Source: an uncultured Nitrososphaerales archaeon (GTDB lineage Archaea > Thermoproteota > Nitrososphaeria > Nitrososphaerales > Nitrososphaeraceae). Taken from it: 64,000 nt of DNA. The position numbers were made by a program, and so were the translations under genes. The notes under the pieces are model-generated. The model did not search any database and was not told the origin of the DNA. It saw only the letters and a list, made by a program, of their open reading frames with translations. This document shows, one piece after another, positions 30,293-42,469 of the stretch. The stretch covers positions 39,573-103,572 of the forward strand of contig CAWJCY010000002.1 in assembly GCA_963841565.1 (NCBI GenBank). The letters are read 5' to 3'. Position 1 is the stretch's first letter. Every line of letters starts with the position of its first letter.

Positions 30293-31171
30293 GTGAATTA
30301 ATCATTTTCATCCCCAGAATATAAGTTGTATGATAACATGGTCATAATTCGCTCCTCACCCCACCACTGAGCCTCCTCTAGCAAGTCCCCAATTTCAGTC
30401 CTGATTTTCCTGGGAAGTGAGATGAATATCATAAGTATCTTATGTATGTTAAATGACAATTCTGATTTTTCGCCATACTGGGGAATAACTATGTGCGCGT
30501 TATATAGTTTCATAAAGCATGGAGAATTGGGTCGTTCAAGAATAGGTTTCTGAGTATTCGCAGCAAAAGCTCATTTGAAATCAATCCTGTACTGGAGAAG
30601 ACAGTAAATGATCTCACTTTGTTTGTCATCGAAATGAGGACACAATAGTAAGCTCCTCGAACGCAGGAATATTATCAACTTTGTGAATGAAGAGTACATA
30701 ATTAAGAATTGGGCACCCATAATTTTGTATTGCTAAAGAAATTTCGTCGGCCCGTCTTCTTTTACGTAATCCTAACTGCGGTAACGAATATGCCTTCTAA
30801 GAATTCAATTAAGCAAGGGTTTTGACACTATCGAACTCGACTCAGAATTTCTTTGAATATCCTAATTAATCTTAATGTTATGGACATGGACTATCTATCC
30901 CCCAATTAGATTGCTTCACTCAACCCTAGAAAAACCCAAAATTCTTAATTTAGAAATGAATTCCTTATAGCTGATAAATGGAAAACAACTTTTTTCAGAT
31001 CTCTAAAATAATTGATAATCAGATATCTCCTACGTTGATGCCGTAGCTTGAGATAGACCTTTAAGCCAGCAACAATTGATATTTTCCTTTTTAAAATTTG
31101 TTTGTTTTATTTGATAAAGAACTTTCTACCCGTTACCTCGACTGGAGATTTTCAGTCTTTATTCTATTGGA

Positions 31172-31510
31172 TCATATGGCGTCTTCATCCATTTTCCCCG
31201 TGCTAAGATCCACCGCTATAGGGACGTCAATTACAAATAACTTGCCTCCTATGTTATCGCCCAACCTGTTTCTAAAAGCGGTGATCAGTCTTTCGACCTT
31301 CTCGTCGCTGACAACTACTTCCACCTTTGTTCGAGGAATAAATTTTGGCTTGTACGTCATGGTGCCTCTACCTACATAGATTTCCTCTGGTTTGATTTTG
31401 CCTCTACCTTCTATCCTATAGTGACTCATGCCACCTATATTTGCATCCTTGAGTACTTCAACAACATCATCCAATCTACGATCGGGAATAAATAGTTCTA
31501 TTTTTTTCAT
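31172..31510 (-). CDS. P-II nitrogen regulatory protein (second paralog)
   Basis: MKKIE, EGRG, KVEVVV, GGKLFV. Confidence 0.9.
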   Translation of the reverse strand: MKKIELFIPDRRLDDVVEVLKDANIGGMSHYRIEGRGKIKPEEIYVGRGTMTYKPKFIPRTKVEVVVSDEKVERLITAFRNRLGDNIGGKLFVIDVPIAVDLSTGKMDEDAI

Positions 31511-31794
31511 AATAACTAACTCACTTGATGCATATTAAAGATTGTTCGATCAAGATTGAATATGGGATTTGTTATGTAGTTCCTTTTCAATGAGATCGCA
31601 TCTTACAAGGACGGATTTATCTTCTACTAGAGTAGATTTCAGATTCGCAATGGATCTATTCATTTTCGAAATATTTGATTTAAAATCATTATGTAACTGC
31701 ACTATCCGCGTTAATGACTAGTCTGCTGTAATTTTTGCACTATTTTGACATAGGGTAACGTAATGGATAAATAATCACAAATTCCATAAAAAAC

Positions 31795-33196
31795 GTGATC
31801 AAAATTATAGCGCTGGAATTTTTGGCAGCGCCTCTCATATTCATTCTAATCTTTTGCAGTGGCATAACCATTTTAGATATGGATAGCCACGCATCAGCTT
31901 CTATCACTTCCTCCGATGGGGATATAGCCACAAATCCAGTGCCCTATCTTCCCCCTTTTCATAGTAGTGACGATGGAATGCGGGAAGACCCGAGAATCAA
32001 TCCAATTTCCGATACTGGGTCAATTACTGTAAAAAAAGTTAAAGTTGGAACGTTAGAGCAGCTTGGAAACGCCACGCTTATGTTCACCCCAAATCCTTAC
32101 ACACTGAAAGATTCATTAATTGTTGCCGATAATGGTATAGCAGATTCAGATCCCACTGATGGTAGCTTCCAATTAAACAATGTAGGCTTTGGATCGTACG
32201 TTATAAACGAGACTATTTCGCCAGAGGGATATGGTCCAATACTATTGAAGACCCGTGTGACAGTTCATCCTACTAATCAGAATCCAATAGTTCAAATTGA
32301 GAACAGAGACATAAACGTTCCTTTCGAAGGGACTGCAATAGTCACTCCTCCATCGCTAAATTCTACTTCCTTTGATTCTTTTGTGAGAAATGGTGCAACG
32401 GTAGGGAATTCGACCATTAAAGAAGTAGATGCTCTACCTCCAGGCTTTATCGGGACTACAGTAACGGAAATCCGACAAGAAAGTACTTACCTCCAACAGG
32501 TAGTATTCAAAGAATCCCGTCCAGCTAACTCTACCGCATCTGAGATCTATGATTCACTCATAATTCCAACGTATCCAGCACCAGTCAAAAACATCTCTTC
32601 AAGTATCACTTACCTCTCGCCTGTTTTCGTTGTTCCTCAAGCAAATGAAAGTGAAGGTAATTTTTTGTTAACTCCAATCATAGCAAAGACATTTCCTGGA
32701 ATGTCACTCCTGGTCGAACAAAACTCATCGACAATCGGGAAGATAGACTGAGGTGCAGAATATCATGATGCAGTTTGCAAATGAAAGCAGCAATGTAGGA
32801 TTTAGTTTCGGAATCTCTGATTCAATACCCAAGTCATTAATGTTACCAAGGCCTCCTGTAGAATCCATAAAATTTATTGATGTTGATTTTGTGGGCACGA
32901 CTACTGTCAACCGATACACAAATTTCTCAAATACCGATAGCTTCACAACCTCCCCTCAAATAGGGATTACAGTCGACAGATCTGCGAATTTTGCTAAACT
33001 AGAAGATGGATGTCCAGGTATCAGGTTGTTTGCTCTAGATAACTCAGAGGGGAATATGTGGGAAGTTCTTTCGGAGCCTTTAAGAGATAAGATAAATGAT
33101 ACCGATACTGCCTGTGCCTATATTTTAGATCTCGAGCATTTTTCAAAGTTCTCAGTGGGCGGTGTTAGGCCCTCTTCACCCCAAACTTTGGAATAG
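31795..33196 (+). pseudogene. Secreted/surface beta-rich protein split by a frameshift near 32745 (ORFs 31795-32751 and 32753-33196)
   Basis: N-terminal hydrophobic signal, prealbumin-like GSYVINET.SPEGY; second part ends in HFSKFSVGG, typical of archaeal surface-protein C-terminal domains. Confidence 0.6.
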
Positions 33197-33384
33197 GCGA
33201 GTCGAATTGTAAACCGATTCGTTTTCATTTCCTTATTCGCCGAAGTACTTTATCTTAATGCTCGTGTAGGAGAACCGTGATAAATCTCTTTTGATACATT
33301 TCAACGAATAAATATCCAAAAAGTATAAGGCACATTCTGCCCCAGTATTTAGAATGAATAGCGTCAGATCTGTTGATTTAGGCT

Positions 33385-34614
33385 ATGAATACCACCAAAG
33401 CTGATTTCAATCTAATTCATGCGCACTTTTTTTTCATCGATATAATAGGGCTTTCTGATCCTTCAGTATCTACTCGGATTCAAATCAAAAAGATTCAGAC
33501 CCTTAATTCCATCGTAATGAATTCGACGAGTTTCAGATTCACTCCTAAGGACACTATGCTGGTTTTACCAACTGGCGACGGTATGGCGATTGGGTTCTTA
33601 CAAGGTCCTGAATTGCCATTGAATCTTGCAATAGAAATTCATAAGATGCTTTCCAAATATAACAAGGCCAGGATACCCGCTGAAATAATTCGAGTTAGAA
33701 TTGGAATACATAGTGGAGCTGCATTTATAGTTGACGACGTACTCAATAACAAAAACATCTGGGGCCCCGGCATCATATTGGCGCGAAGAATTATGGACAT
33801 TGGAGATGACGGACATATTTTGCTAAGTTCAAGAATTTCAGAGGATTTAAGAGAAATTTCAGACTATTATAAACAGATCCTTAGGCCAGTACAAAAATAT
33901 AGTATAAAACATGGGCAAACAATCTCACTTTATTCTGCTTATGATAAGGGATTTGGTAATCCGAGGCCCCCTGCGACCAAGTCGTCAGTGGAGAAGACTA
34001 TTCGCGAAAGGAATGAGAATTTCCCTATTGCAGTAACGATCTATCCTCATATGGAAGTTAACATAACCATAAAGAGTCCTAAAAGTCAATTAGTACATTA
34101 TAGAAGACTGTATGAAATTAAGAATACATCTGAAAATCCGATATACGAGGTAGTTCACGGGATAGCCACTGACGTGGAGGCGAATTTGTCTGATCTTGGA
34201 ATTAAGGTTTATGACGAAGATAATGTGATTCTTCCAATATCTAACGTTATAATAGATAAACCCTACCAAAAAGAGTTTACTACCGTATTTAATAGACCAA
34301 TCGAAAAACTACAGAAAGGTCGTTTCTACGTTTTAGAGTACCAAGTGAAGGAAAAAGAGAAGTATTTCGAAAATCATTTTGGAGTAGACTGTAACAAATT
34401 TGTTGTTACAATTGATTACCCCAAAGGTGTAAGCTATCCGGTGGTTTACGACATAAACCTGGAGGCAGAGTCAAAGAAAAGGTGCAAGTTGCAGCCAAAA
34501 ATTGTCACCAAGAAGAGGATGATCAACACAGGACTTGATACAGATCGAACACAGGTAAGATGGGCAAAAAAGAATATCAGCAGAGGTCAATGTTTTAGAT
34601 TTGAATGGAAGTGA
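33385..34614 (+). CDS. Class III adenylate/guanylate cyclase with C-terminal beta domain
   Basis: FIDIIG.S, TGDG, RIGIHSG, IWGPGIILARRIMD. Confidence 0.88.
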   Translation: MNTTKADFNLIHAHFFFIDIIGLSDPSVSTRIQIKKIQTLNSIVMNSTSFRFTPKDTMLVLPTGDGMAIGFLQGPELPLNLAIEIHKMLSKYNKARIPAEIIRVRIGIHSGAAFIVDDVLNNKNIWGPGIILARRIMDIGDDGHILLSSRISEDLREISDYYKQILRPVQKYSIKHGQTISLYSAYDKGFGNPRPPATKSSVEKTIRERNENFPIAVTIYPHMEVNITIKSPKSQLVHYRRLYEIKNTSENPIYEVVHGIATDVEANLSDLGIKVYDEDNVILPISNVIIDKPYQKEFTTVFNRPIEKLQKGRFYVLEYQVKEKEKYFENHFGVDCNKFVVTIDYPKGVSYPVVYDINLEAESKKRCKLQPKIVTKKRMINTGLDTDRTQVRWAKKNISRGQCFRFEWK

Positions 34615-34946
34615 AATCTGTTTACTTGTCATCGTCAGTTTCTTTTCAGGCGATTTCGAAATTATGTCACGATTAAGTCCAGGAATAGAATAGCGTTGTT
34701 CGATAGAAAGATGTAAGCTGTTCCACGGGGGAAGGCGGCCTGTGCGTTGCATTAACATTTGGCATCAACAACAAAAAATAAGGTTACTTTCCTACATCTC
34801 TAGGTCTAGACAACTTGCCTACCTGCCACCGGTCATAATTCTTGTTGGACCTGAGGCTAGGACTTGACATCCTTATAGTGTCTTTCAATGGTTGTGGATG
34901 GTATATAATGCCATAGTTTATATAGGGAAAGTAGTGAATTAGAGGT

Positions 34947-35552
34947 ATGTCTTCCACAAAGAAAGATCAAACAGCAGCAGCAACGACATCATCATTTCAG
35001 CAACAGCAGCAGCAACAAGCCGAACGCCTCCAAGAAAGTACTGAAAGAATGCTTGATGAAACCAAGCAGAATATACAAAGATCATTAGAAGAGGCACGTA
35101 GTCAGATCCCTCGTTATAATCAAGCAATCTACAACTACCAGGAACAGGTTGTAAATGCTACAGGAGAAATTGCAACCAGTTATATTGACACTCAGAATGC
35201 CATTATACATGCATTCAACGCTTCAGTTGCTCCATACTTTGAGAATATTCAAAATACATATCGACAATACTACAGCATAAACCCCCAAAATGTCCAAGAA
35301 TTCTATTCTCAAACCATTAGCAACATTGCCAACAATAGTGTAACTGTTGTCAGATTGGTAAATAACACAATTTTTACAAACTTTGACTTGCTCAAGACTT
35401 CATGGCAACAAGCTAGAGATAACGTCAAAGAGATATCAAGAGTTACTTCAAATACCGCAAGAGCTTTTGAACAGAGTAACAAAGAGGCTTCTGCAGTAGT
35501 CGCTACCACCGCCGCAAATGCAGCAGCGGCATTAAAGCCAACAAACGCGTAG
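34947..35552 (+). CDS. Gln/Asn-rich amphipathic helical protein (phasin-like?)
   Basis: 201 aa, Q/N/T-rich, helical periodicity; function is inference only. Confidence 0.7.
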   Translation: MSSTKKDQTAAATTSSFQQQQQQQAERLQESTERMLDETKQNIQRSLEEARSQIPRYNQAIYNYQEQVVNATGEIATSYIDTQNAIIHAFNASVAPYFENIQNTYRQYYSINPQNVQEFYSQTISNIANNSVTVVRLVNNTIFTNFDLLKTSWQQARDNVKEISRVTSNTARAFEQSNKEASAVVATTAANAAAALKPTNA

Positions 35553-35729
35553 AAGTGGGTAGATCCACCCATAAACTACGGTTTTATTTCTTCTTTTTTT
35601 GTTCAAATTTTGATTTTAGGGCGACACTCTGTTTTTTGGCTACGAGTGAAATTGTTCATAAATTCGTGCGAGCCTGACCCTTTCCTTACACACAAATCCC
35701 TATAAGGAGTTCGATTGAGAAAGATCCTC

Positions 35730-36140
35730 GTGAATAATGATTTGAATAGCACCTTCGCAGTGGAAATTTTTCAGAAATCCTTGCGCAAGAAAATATTCTA
35801 CTTTCAGTGAACAGCGGAAGTGGAATTTGTGAAGCAAGAATAAAAAAGGGTTTGCCCTTCAGAATTCGAGAAAAGTGGGCGACCATAGGGGATGAAAGTA
35901 GACCATGGCATATACACCTCAACATGGAAGAGGTCAAGGAAGCCAAGTTTGTAAAGGAAGCTCGAATCCGATGGGAGACAAAGTTATAGCATAAGATTTT
36001 TTGATTCAAGAGGGAATCTTGCTATGAGGGCTAACTTTATTGATTTGTATGATTCAAATGGTAATTTGAAAAAGGATAGAATCGACAAATACGATGAAAT
36101 CCATAGAAAATTTGGAGGGAAAGATTCACTTATGCTCTAA
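35730..36140 (+). pseudogene. ChuX/HutX-like heme-utilisation protein, two frameshifts (~35768, ~35965)
   Basis: Joined frames: EILAQENILLSVNSGSGICE...WHIHLNMEEVKEAKFVKE..DGRQSYSIRFFDSRGNLAMRANF. Confidence 0.6.
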
Positions 36141-36610
36141 GGTGACAATTTGGCACAATGGTTTCGTCTGACAACTGGCTGCACAAATCAGGGTAAGAGA
36201 CTAAACAATCACTCGTAATTTTTGATAGGGAGCAGCCCTTGTTCTCACAACTTATGACTCAAAGAAAGCGTCGATTAATAAATGGAGATCTTACTCCATC
36301 CTAGAAATGTTGTGCCGATGCTTATTAAAAATACAATACTGAAGGGAAACCTTTCTCCCGTTCTGTAAATCATTACGTAGGCGTCTCAAATGTTAGTCTT
36401 GTGCTAGATACAAGAAGATATCTCAATATTCCGATTCAGAAAATGAAAGTCTGTGATCACCTAGGGGCCGGCATATGACGATTAAATGAATTAGTAGACG
36501 GTATATGAATGGCATTTCAGTTTTATCTGTTACAAATCACCATAAAATTTTTATTCTGTGGCATTACATGTTCTCCTAATACTTGAAGTGAGAATAATTT
36601 TGGAGATATC

Positions 36611-37090
36611 ATGACTCAAACAGATCTCAGGGGTAGTAAAAGACCAGATTCTGGGACTGAGGATAAGGAGCAGATGATATCTCATCGAAAAATCAGTTCG
36701 GCGTCATCGAATTCTCCCTTGCATAAGAGGATTTTGGTTGTCGATGATAATTCTGATATCGCTCTTACTTTAAGGATAGGATTGGAAGAGAGCGATCCGA
36801 CAATGCAAGTTCATAGCTTTGATAATCCGGTAAATGCATTATTGGAATTTAAACCAGATTTTTACGACTTGTTGCTCATAGATGTAAACATGCCTTTGAT
36901 GGACGGTTTTCAGTTGACTCAGAAATTATTACAGAAAGATACCAATGTCAGAGTGTGTTTCATGACTTCAGGGGAAATAAATATGGATGCAGCAAGAGAA
37001 GTGCATCCACTCAAGAGCATAGGTTGCTTCATCAAGAAACCCATCTCAACAGATCAGTTAGTAAAACGCCTCAAAGCAGAATTAGAATAG
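36611..37090 (+). CDS. Stand-alone response regulator receiver protein
   Basis: ILVVDD, LLIDVNMPLMDG, FMTS, KKP. Confidence 0.9.
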   Translation: MTQTDLRGSKRPDSGTEDKEQMISHRKISSASSNSPLHKRILVVDDNSDIALTLRIGLEESDPTMQVHSFDNPVNALLEFKPDFYDLLLIDVNMPLMDGFQLTQKLLQKDTNVRVCFMTSGEINMDAAREVHPLKSIGCFIKKPISTDQLVKRLKAELE

Positions 37091-38008
37091 ATAAGTTTTG
37101 ATGCATAGAACATTCTGGTAAGAATTTTACTGTCAATATGGATCTACCGGTGCTACCTGTTACAATCTTTCCTATGTTCAAGTGTTATGTGTAAGTCGCT
37201 GTCTTATTCTAGGTGATTTGAATTAGGGAGGTCTTTCCGGAAAATATTTTTCTGGTTAACACACTACAATCCCAAGTTAATGTTCCTATTTCCGGTATTT
37301 ATACAGAGAGCGGATGGCTGAATTGGAAGGCAGAATTCAAAACTCTCAAATCAGATATTCTGTTACCGCTCGTTAGTTAGTGCAAATCTTCATAACATTC
37401 ACGATCAGTTTCTCCGGTGATGTGAAGTGAATTAGGGAAACCCTAAAAATATAAGAGAACAAACTGGTTTCCAATCCATTTAAGTGGTAAGCATTTATAA
37501 TACTTATCTTACGGATGACCTGTACATATCTTATTAATGAAACAAATCGTTCCAGCACAAAAACTAATTATTAATCAAGAGGTAATTATATTGGTATTCT
37601 TCATAGTATGTCAAAATTGTTCTTTTCAATTTGAATAAGTGTTCTCTATACTCTTGCCCTAATTGTTGTTAGAGTAATTCTGGCGTTATAAAAAGTATTC
37701 AGTAAAGAAGCTTATTCAGTAAAACCTCAACACTTCCACAATCACTTTATCATTCATTTTCAACAAGCGTTCAATTTGATTTCACGCACAGCCGTTCAAA
37801 ATATTCTAAATGAACAGCCCCGTTTTGAACGACTGCAAAAAATTTGCCTAGCTGGCGCTTATTCAGCATCGTTCAAAATTCTGTGGTAATCTACGAGCTA
37901 AACGATCTTAAATATGGTCAAATTTTCATTTTGCCGAAGAATCATTCGAGCCAAGCATTAACAACATGACTTGACCTCTCAGTTTGTGAGGTTGGCTATT
38001 TCGTTTGC

Positions 38009-38471
38009 CTAGACTTGCCTCTTCACAGCTTGATAGAGTTTTTTAAATTGTTGATAATTGTATGAATCTCTTTCAATTGCTGACGCGGATTTCAGAAATG
38101 TGTCTTCGTAATAACTGATTATCATAGGTTTGACGTACTCAATCAATTTTTTGTCAGTAATTATTTTTTCATTGATCATAAACGAAAGCCATTCTAGGCT
38201 ATTGAACATGCGAGAATACCATGAACTTCTAACATCATCATATTGAGATCCTAAAGGTATTTTTGCCAGTTCGCGATCCACATCTCGTCAGCTCTTTCAT
38301 GACATCGCCTAATGATGTGATTTGATCTAGTCTCTTCGAGCGCTGAAATGTGACAATAGCATAAAATAATGTTATTGCATATATCGCGGCGACAATAATT
38401 TGAATGTATTGTGAAGGAATTTCCTGAAGGGACTTATGAACATAGTATGATTTTAGAGTTGGGTTCATCAA
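38009..38471 (-). pseudogene. Single-TM hypothetical protein split by a frameshift near 38283
   Basis: ORFs 38238-38471 and 38009-38281 join into one TM helix plus helical domain (FNSLEWLSFMIN). Confidence 0.55.
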
Positions 38472-38640
38472 AATAGAGTTATTATTTGTATATTAGAAAA
38501 AAGAGGATCAATGTGTAATTGGCTCAGCAACACATTAGAACATCGAATCAACAGTTCAGTCGTATGCGATCTTATAAGAATCTATGGATCCAATCGGAAA
38601 TCAAGCAACGGCAGATTCTCAAAATAAGGTATGAATCTAT

Positions 38641-39531
38641 ATGAATCAATTAAAGCTCTGGGTAGTAATTATTACCTTGTCTGTTACTGTTGGCTCAAGT
38701 TTCATAGCTATCAAAATTGTGCTTGATTCTATATCGCCACTTTTTGCCTTTAGCATTAGATTTATGATCACAGGTGGTGTTTTGATACTAATTTCTCATG
38801 TTTTTGATAAAAAAAATCAAGAGATTAAAGAACTCAAACTTTGGAGAAACGCTCTGGTTATTGGTGCAATCCTGATAGTTGGTGGACATGGGTTGATAGC
38901 ATGGGGAACACAATACCTTTCTGCAGGTATTGCCTCTTTACTAAATTCAACAATTCCCTTATGGGTAGTGTTATTTATGTTCTTGATATTTCACAGTAAA
39001 ATTACAAATTCAGTAAAGATAGGTCTTGCTTTAGGTTTTGGAGGTATGATAATCCTCGTTGGACCATCGATTGGAGGTCAAGGACTAAGTCTAATAGGAG
39101 TCGCGTCTTTGCTGATAAGTTCAATGTTGTGGGCATTAGGATCCATCTATTCCGGGAAATCTTTCCTACCTCAAAATTTTTTGTTATCTGCGGGAATGGT
39201 TACGTTAGTAGGCGGGGCATTACTAATTATTCCTAGCGTTCTGGTTGGAGAATTTAATATGCTACCCTCTTTTTCTGATATAGACCTAGACTTAGTCATA
39301 TCATATACATTTTTAATTTTTATCGGGACTGTTGTACCATTCGCTGAATTTTATTGGTTACTTAAAGTAAGTACACCACCAGTTGCTAATACCTTTGCTT
39401 ATATAGCACCAATTGTAGCAGTATTTTTGGGATGGGCTATTCTTGAAGAATCAGTAACTTATCTAACCATTATCGCTGCAATCGTTATTTTGCTAGGTGT
39501 AGCTTTGATAGTTAGAACGTTGAACAGGTGA
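38641..39531 (+). CDS. EamA/DMT transporter
   Basis: About 10 TM helices, GSSFIAIK, RF, AY..PIVAVFLG...L.E. Confidence 0.9.
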   Translation: MNQLKLWVVIITLSVTVGSSFIAIKIVLDSISPLFAFSIRFMITGGVLILISHVFDKKNQEIKELKLWRNALVIGAILIVGGHGLIAWGTQYLSAGIASLLNSTIPLWVVLFMFLIFHSKITNSVKIGLALGFGGMIILVGPSIGGQGLSLIGVASLLISSMLWALGSIYSGKSFLPQNFLLSAGMVTLVGGALLIIPSVLVGEFNMLPSFSDIDLDLVISYTFLIFIGTVVPFAEFYWLLKVSTPPVANTFAYIAPIVAVFLGWAILEESVTYLTIIAAIVILLGVALIVRTLNR

Positions 39532-39689
39532 TTTTGATTGCAATGTGTTCCTCAATCTATGAACAACATTATTCTTGTCTCCACCTTCTTCTGCGGGATG
39601 CCCTATGCCATTGCTGGTAATACTATCATAGTTGGGATCGTTGCTGCTCCTGTGATATGCTATCTGACTATTAGTATTGCTGGTATTAC

Positions 39690-39854
39690 CTAGATTATTG
39701 CTGGCAGCATATTCGTGTTAATAGGTTGATTGAAAACAAGAATCATTGGTACTATCGCGGGAAACATCTTAGCAGCCATTCCTGTTGTCCATATAACCAA
39801 AAACAAAGATAGTGCTGCTGGATTGTAGTAAAATGTCATCATGGTTGAAATCAT
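39690..39854 (-). pseudogene. DUF2182 membrane-protein N-terminal remnant
   Basis: Hand translation ALSLFLVIWTTGMAAKMFPAIVPMIL resembles the W..M.AAMM.P...P motif; truncated. Confidence 0.55.
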
Positions 39855-40029
39855 TGCATTATGCTGCTATATCGACACTAACCATGTCAACACAGAGATC
39901 GATATTACAATCGTAATGATTACTAAGGTTGAAGTTTCATATTAACTTTATGTTTAGGAGATCTTGTAAATGGGAAAAGGTAATGTGGTCTAGAATTTGT
40001 CCTCATCATGTTGGCACAACAATACAGCT

Positions 40030-40445
40030 AGGGCATTTGAGGGGTAGCAGTCGTGTACCCAGAATTGAGGGAAGTCATGACCGGCCTCATCCCGGCCCTT
40101 TGGAACTATGTCAGGATATTGGTACGTCACATTAAAGATATCTATGCCACGAGCATAGGCTGAATAGGTGTGAAAGGCGATCCCTGCGGGATCTTTGTAA
40201 AATACGCTGACTCCGGGTGCCTCGGAAATGACTGGGTCTAGTGTAGTAAAGTTGTATAATGCTTCCTTCTTGGATAACTTTTCCTTTGTAAAAGATACAC
40301 GAAAGTCTTAATTGAAATCTGTGCCGTAGGAAGAGATCCATTTGAGATCCCAGCCCATCCGCTTTTGGTACGCCGCCAGCTTGCTGTATGGCGCCCGAGA
40401 AACAGCAATCATGCTCATATCTCTATGATTCAAGTGTACAAGGAT
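40030..40445 (-). pseudogene. DUF899 thioredoxin-like protein remnant with in-frame TAA at ~40310
   Basis: Hand translation HLNHRD...VSRAPYSKLAAYQKRMGW...WISSYGTDFN*DF...PGVSVF...FHTYSAYARG...DIVPKGRDE. Confidence 0.8.
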
Positions 40446-40740
40446 CTATATTCTACATCAATGCCAGAAATGCACTGACAACCTAAACGCATCAAATAAG
40501 TAGTCGCGTCAAGTTGCTTCCTGAAACTTTTTCGCTCACAAATGTAAGATTTGTTCGGTATAGATAATCGTCTTAACTAAGGTATCATAAATATTAGTAT
40601 GGATAATCTGCCTAACTGAGATAAAACCTATTACGAATGTAAAATGTGAACTATGAGATGGAACGTACCTATCTGGTTAGGATGTTTCTCGATAGCAGTT
40701 AAACTCCTATGTGTGCCGGAAAAATAAGGAAAATGACTGT

Positions 40741-40962
40741 TTATTTAACTTTGTATTCCTCGATCTCTTTCAGCACATTATTGTAAGCATTCATATCCAT
40801 GAAGGCTTTTCCTGCTTTCTCAAAATCATCCCGAAAATAGGCATCTTCAAACTCACTTCTTGCATTACTAAACTTATCTCGATAATACTGCACCAAACGA
40901 GCATTGGCATTTATTCTTATGTCGAGGATAATCCTGTCTCTTTCACTCGGGCCTTCTGACAT
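40741..40962 (-). CDS. Small hypothetical protein
   Basis: 73 aa ATG ORF preceded by a TATA-like sequence. Confidence 0.5.
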   Translation of the reverse strand: MSEGPSERDRIILDIRINANARLVQYYRDKFSNARSEFEDAYFRDDFEKAGKAFMDMNAYNNVLKEIEEYKVK

Positions 40963-41560
40963 AATGTAGCCTAAACCAAAGTATAAGGAAGAAGAATTAA
41001 AGTTTTGTTGCCTCTGGCTAAAAAATAACCTGAAGATAAACAGAAGGACATTTTTAGGATGAAGATAATTGATGATCTTGTATCCTCTTTACTTACCGCT
41101 GGAGAGAACCCTCCATCAACTTATGTTCTCAGTTCAAGAAAGGCAGAGCTGGGCTGTAGTCTCATTAGAAAGGAGCATTAGTTTGATCATATTTCATTAT
41201 AGCCGGTTAGAGAGGGACACATCTTCTTTAATCGGACCAACAGTTAACCATCTGAAGCAATCCATTAGCGTTTCTAATGATGTTTCCCACAAGCTAAGGT
41301 TGAAGAATGTAGAGAAGGAAGCAGATCAATTGGAGTATCTTTATCTTTTTAGTTGAAATAATATGCGTGGTAAGGAAAAAAAGAGACTCCTAGACTTCAT
41401 ATTGTCCAAGACTGCTAACGAACCTACACAAATCATCATTAACACCCTCAAACAAAAGAGGAGGGAATTGCACTTCAGCTTTGAGCCTGGGGTCGGACTA
41501 TCGAAAGAAATACACAATTGCACATTTCAGATAACATTGAACAATACAAATACCAATGCC

Positions 41561-41986
41561 TAAGTGTTTAGCATGTTCTGTATTTCGTTCAGTATTGGTG
41601 TTCTGTCGTCAGCATAGTTCTTACCCTTCGGTAATCCTCTTGTGAGCTTCCTTCAAGGTACATTGAGATCATTCTTTTCACAAAAGAGCTTCATGGCCTT
41701 AACGTAGTTACGAAGTATTGAACTTGTAATTTCCTTGTCGCTAATTCTAGCCTTCTGATGTTGAAGGAATTGGAACACTACGTCTATTAGCCATCTGTTT
41801 TCAGCTCTTGCCTTTTTTTGTAAATAATCTGTATATCTCCGGTATTGTAAACTTCTCTTGATCGATTCCAATAATTTCGAAGAACTTCATCCTTGAAACA
41901 TATTTTTCCCGGGTCTGTTCGGCGTTAATAGCAAATATGAATAATTCATAGGGTTCTGATTCCTTCCCTACGTCTAAATATGACAT
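41561..41986 (-). pseudogene. Tyrosine recombinase/integrase N-terminal remnant (frameshifted; catalytic domain absent)
   Basis: PYELFIFAINAEQTREKY...FF; LRNYVKAMKLFCEKND...P*RKLTRGLPKGKNYADDRTP resembles Nitrososphaera-type integrase N-termini. Confidence 0.75.
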
Positions 41987-42047
41987 ACTCAATCTGTTCT
42001 TTCTCTCTTTTCTGGTCGGAGATTCCCATTCGAGAACTAATGTTACA

Positions 42048-42064
42048 GTGGGCCCAAGGGGGTT
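42048..42064 (-). repeat. att-like site copy 1 (core only; + strand GTGGGCCCAAGGGGGTT)
   Basis: Core shared with 44294, 46499 and 59431; about 60 bp upstream of the integrase start. Confidence 0.7.
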
Positions 42065-42469
42065 ATATTCCCGTAGATAAGGGGGCTCATTACTAGTATT
42101 GGAGATTACCACCTAAAGAATGTTTCAGTTTATAGAACCATGCTATAATAGGCTTTACAGGCAGATAAATGGTTCATTAAAAAGCCTGTAAACTGTCTCT
42201 GCTCATTTCTCTTCATTTAACACTCTATTTCTTAGAACCGAATGAAGGTCAGATTTTGATAAACTTACTTTTCCTTCTAATGATATTATGTGAGCTATTT
42301 CATATCCTATAGCTGATACTGAGTAACCCCGGCAATCTTTCTATAAGTGCTAAAGTTGAAAATATCGCAAACCTCTCAAAATTACCTTTATTTGGATATA
42401 CATTGCTATAATATAGCAATCTAGATAGTGCCAATGCAGACTTTATACTTTGGTGGAAGATCCAGTTCT

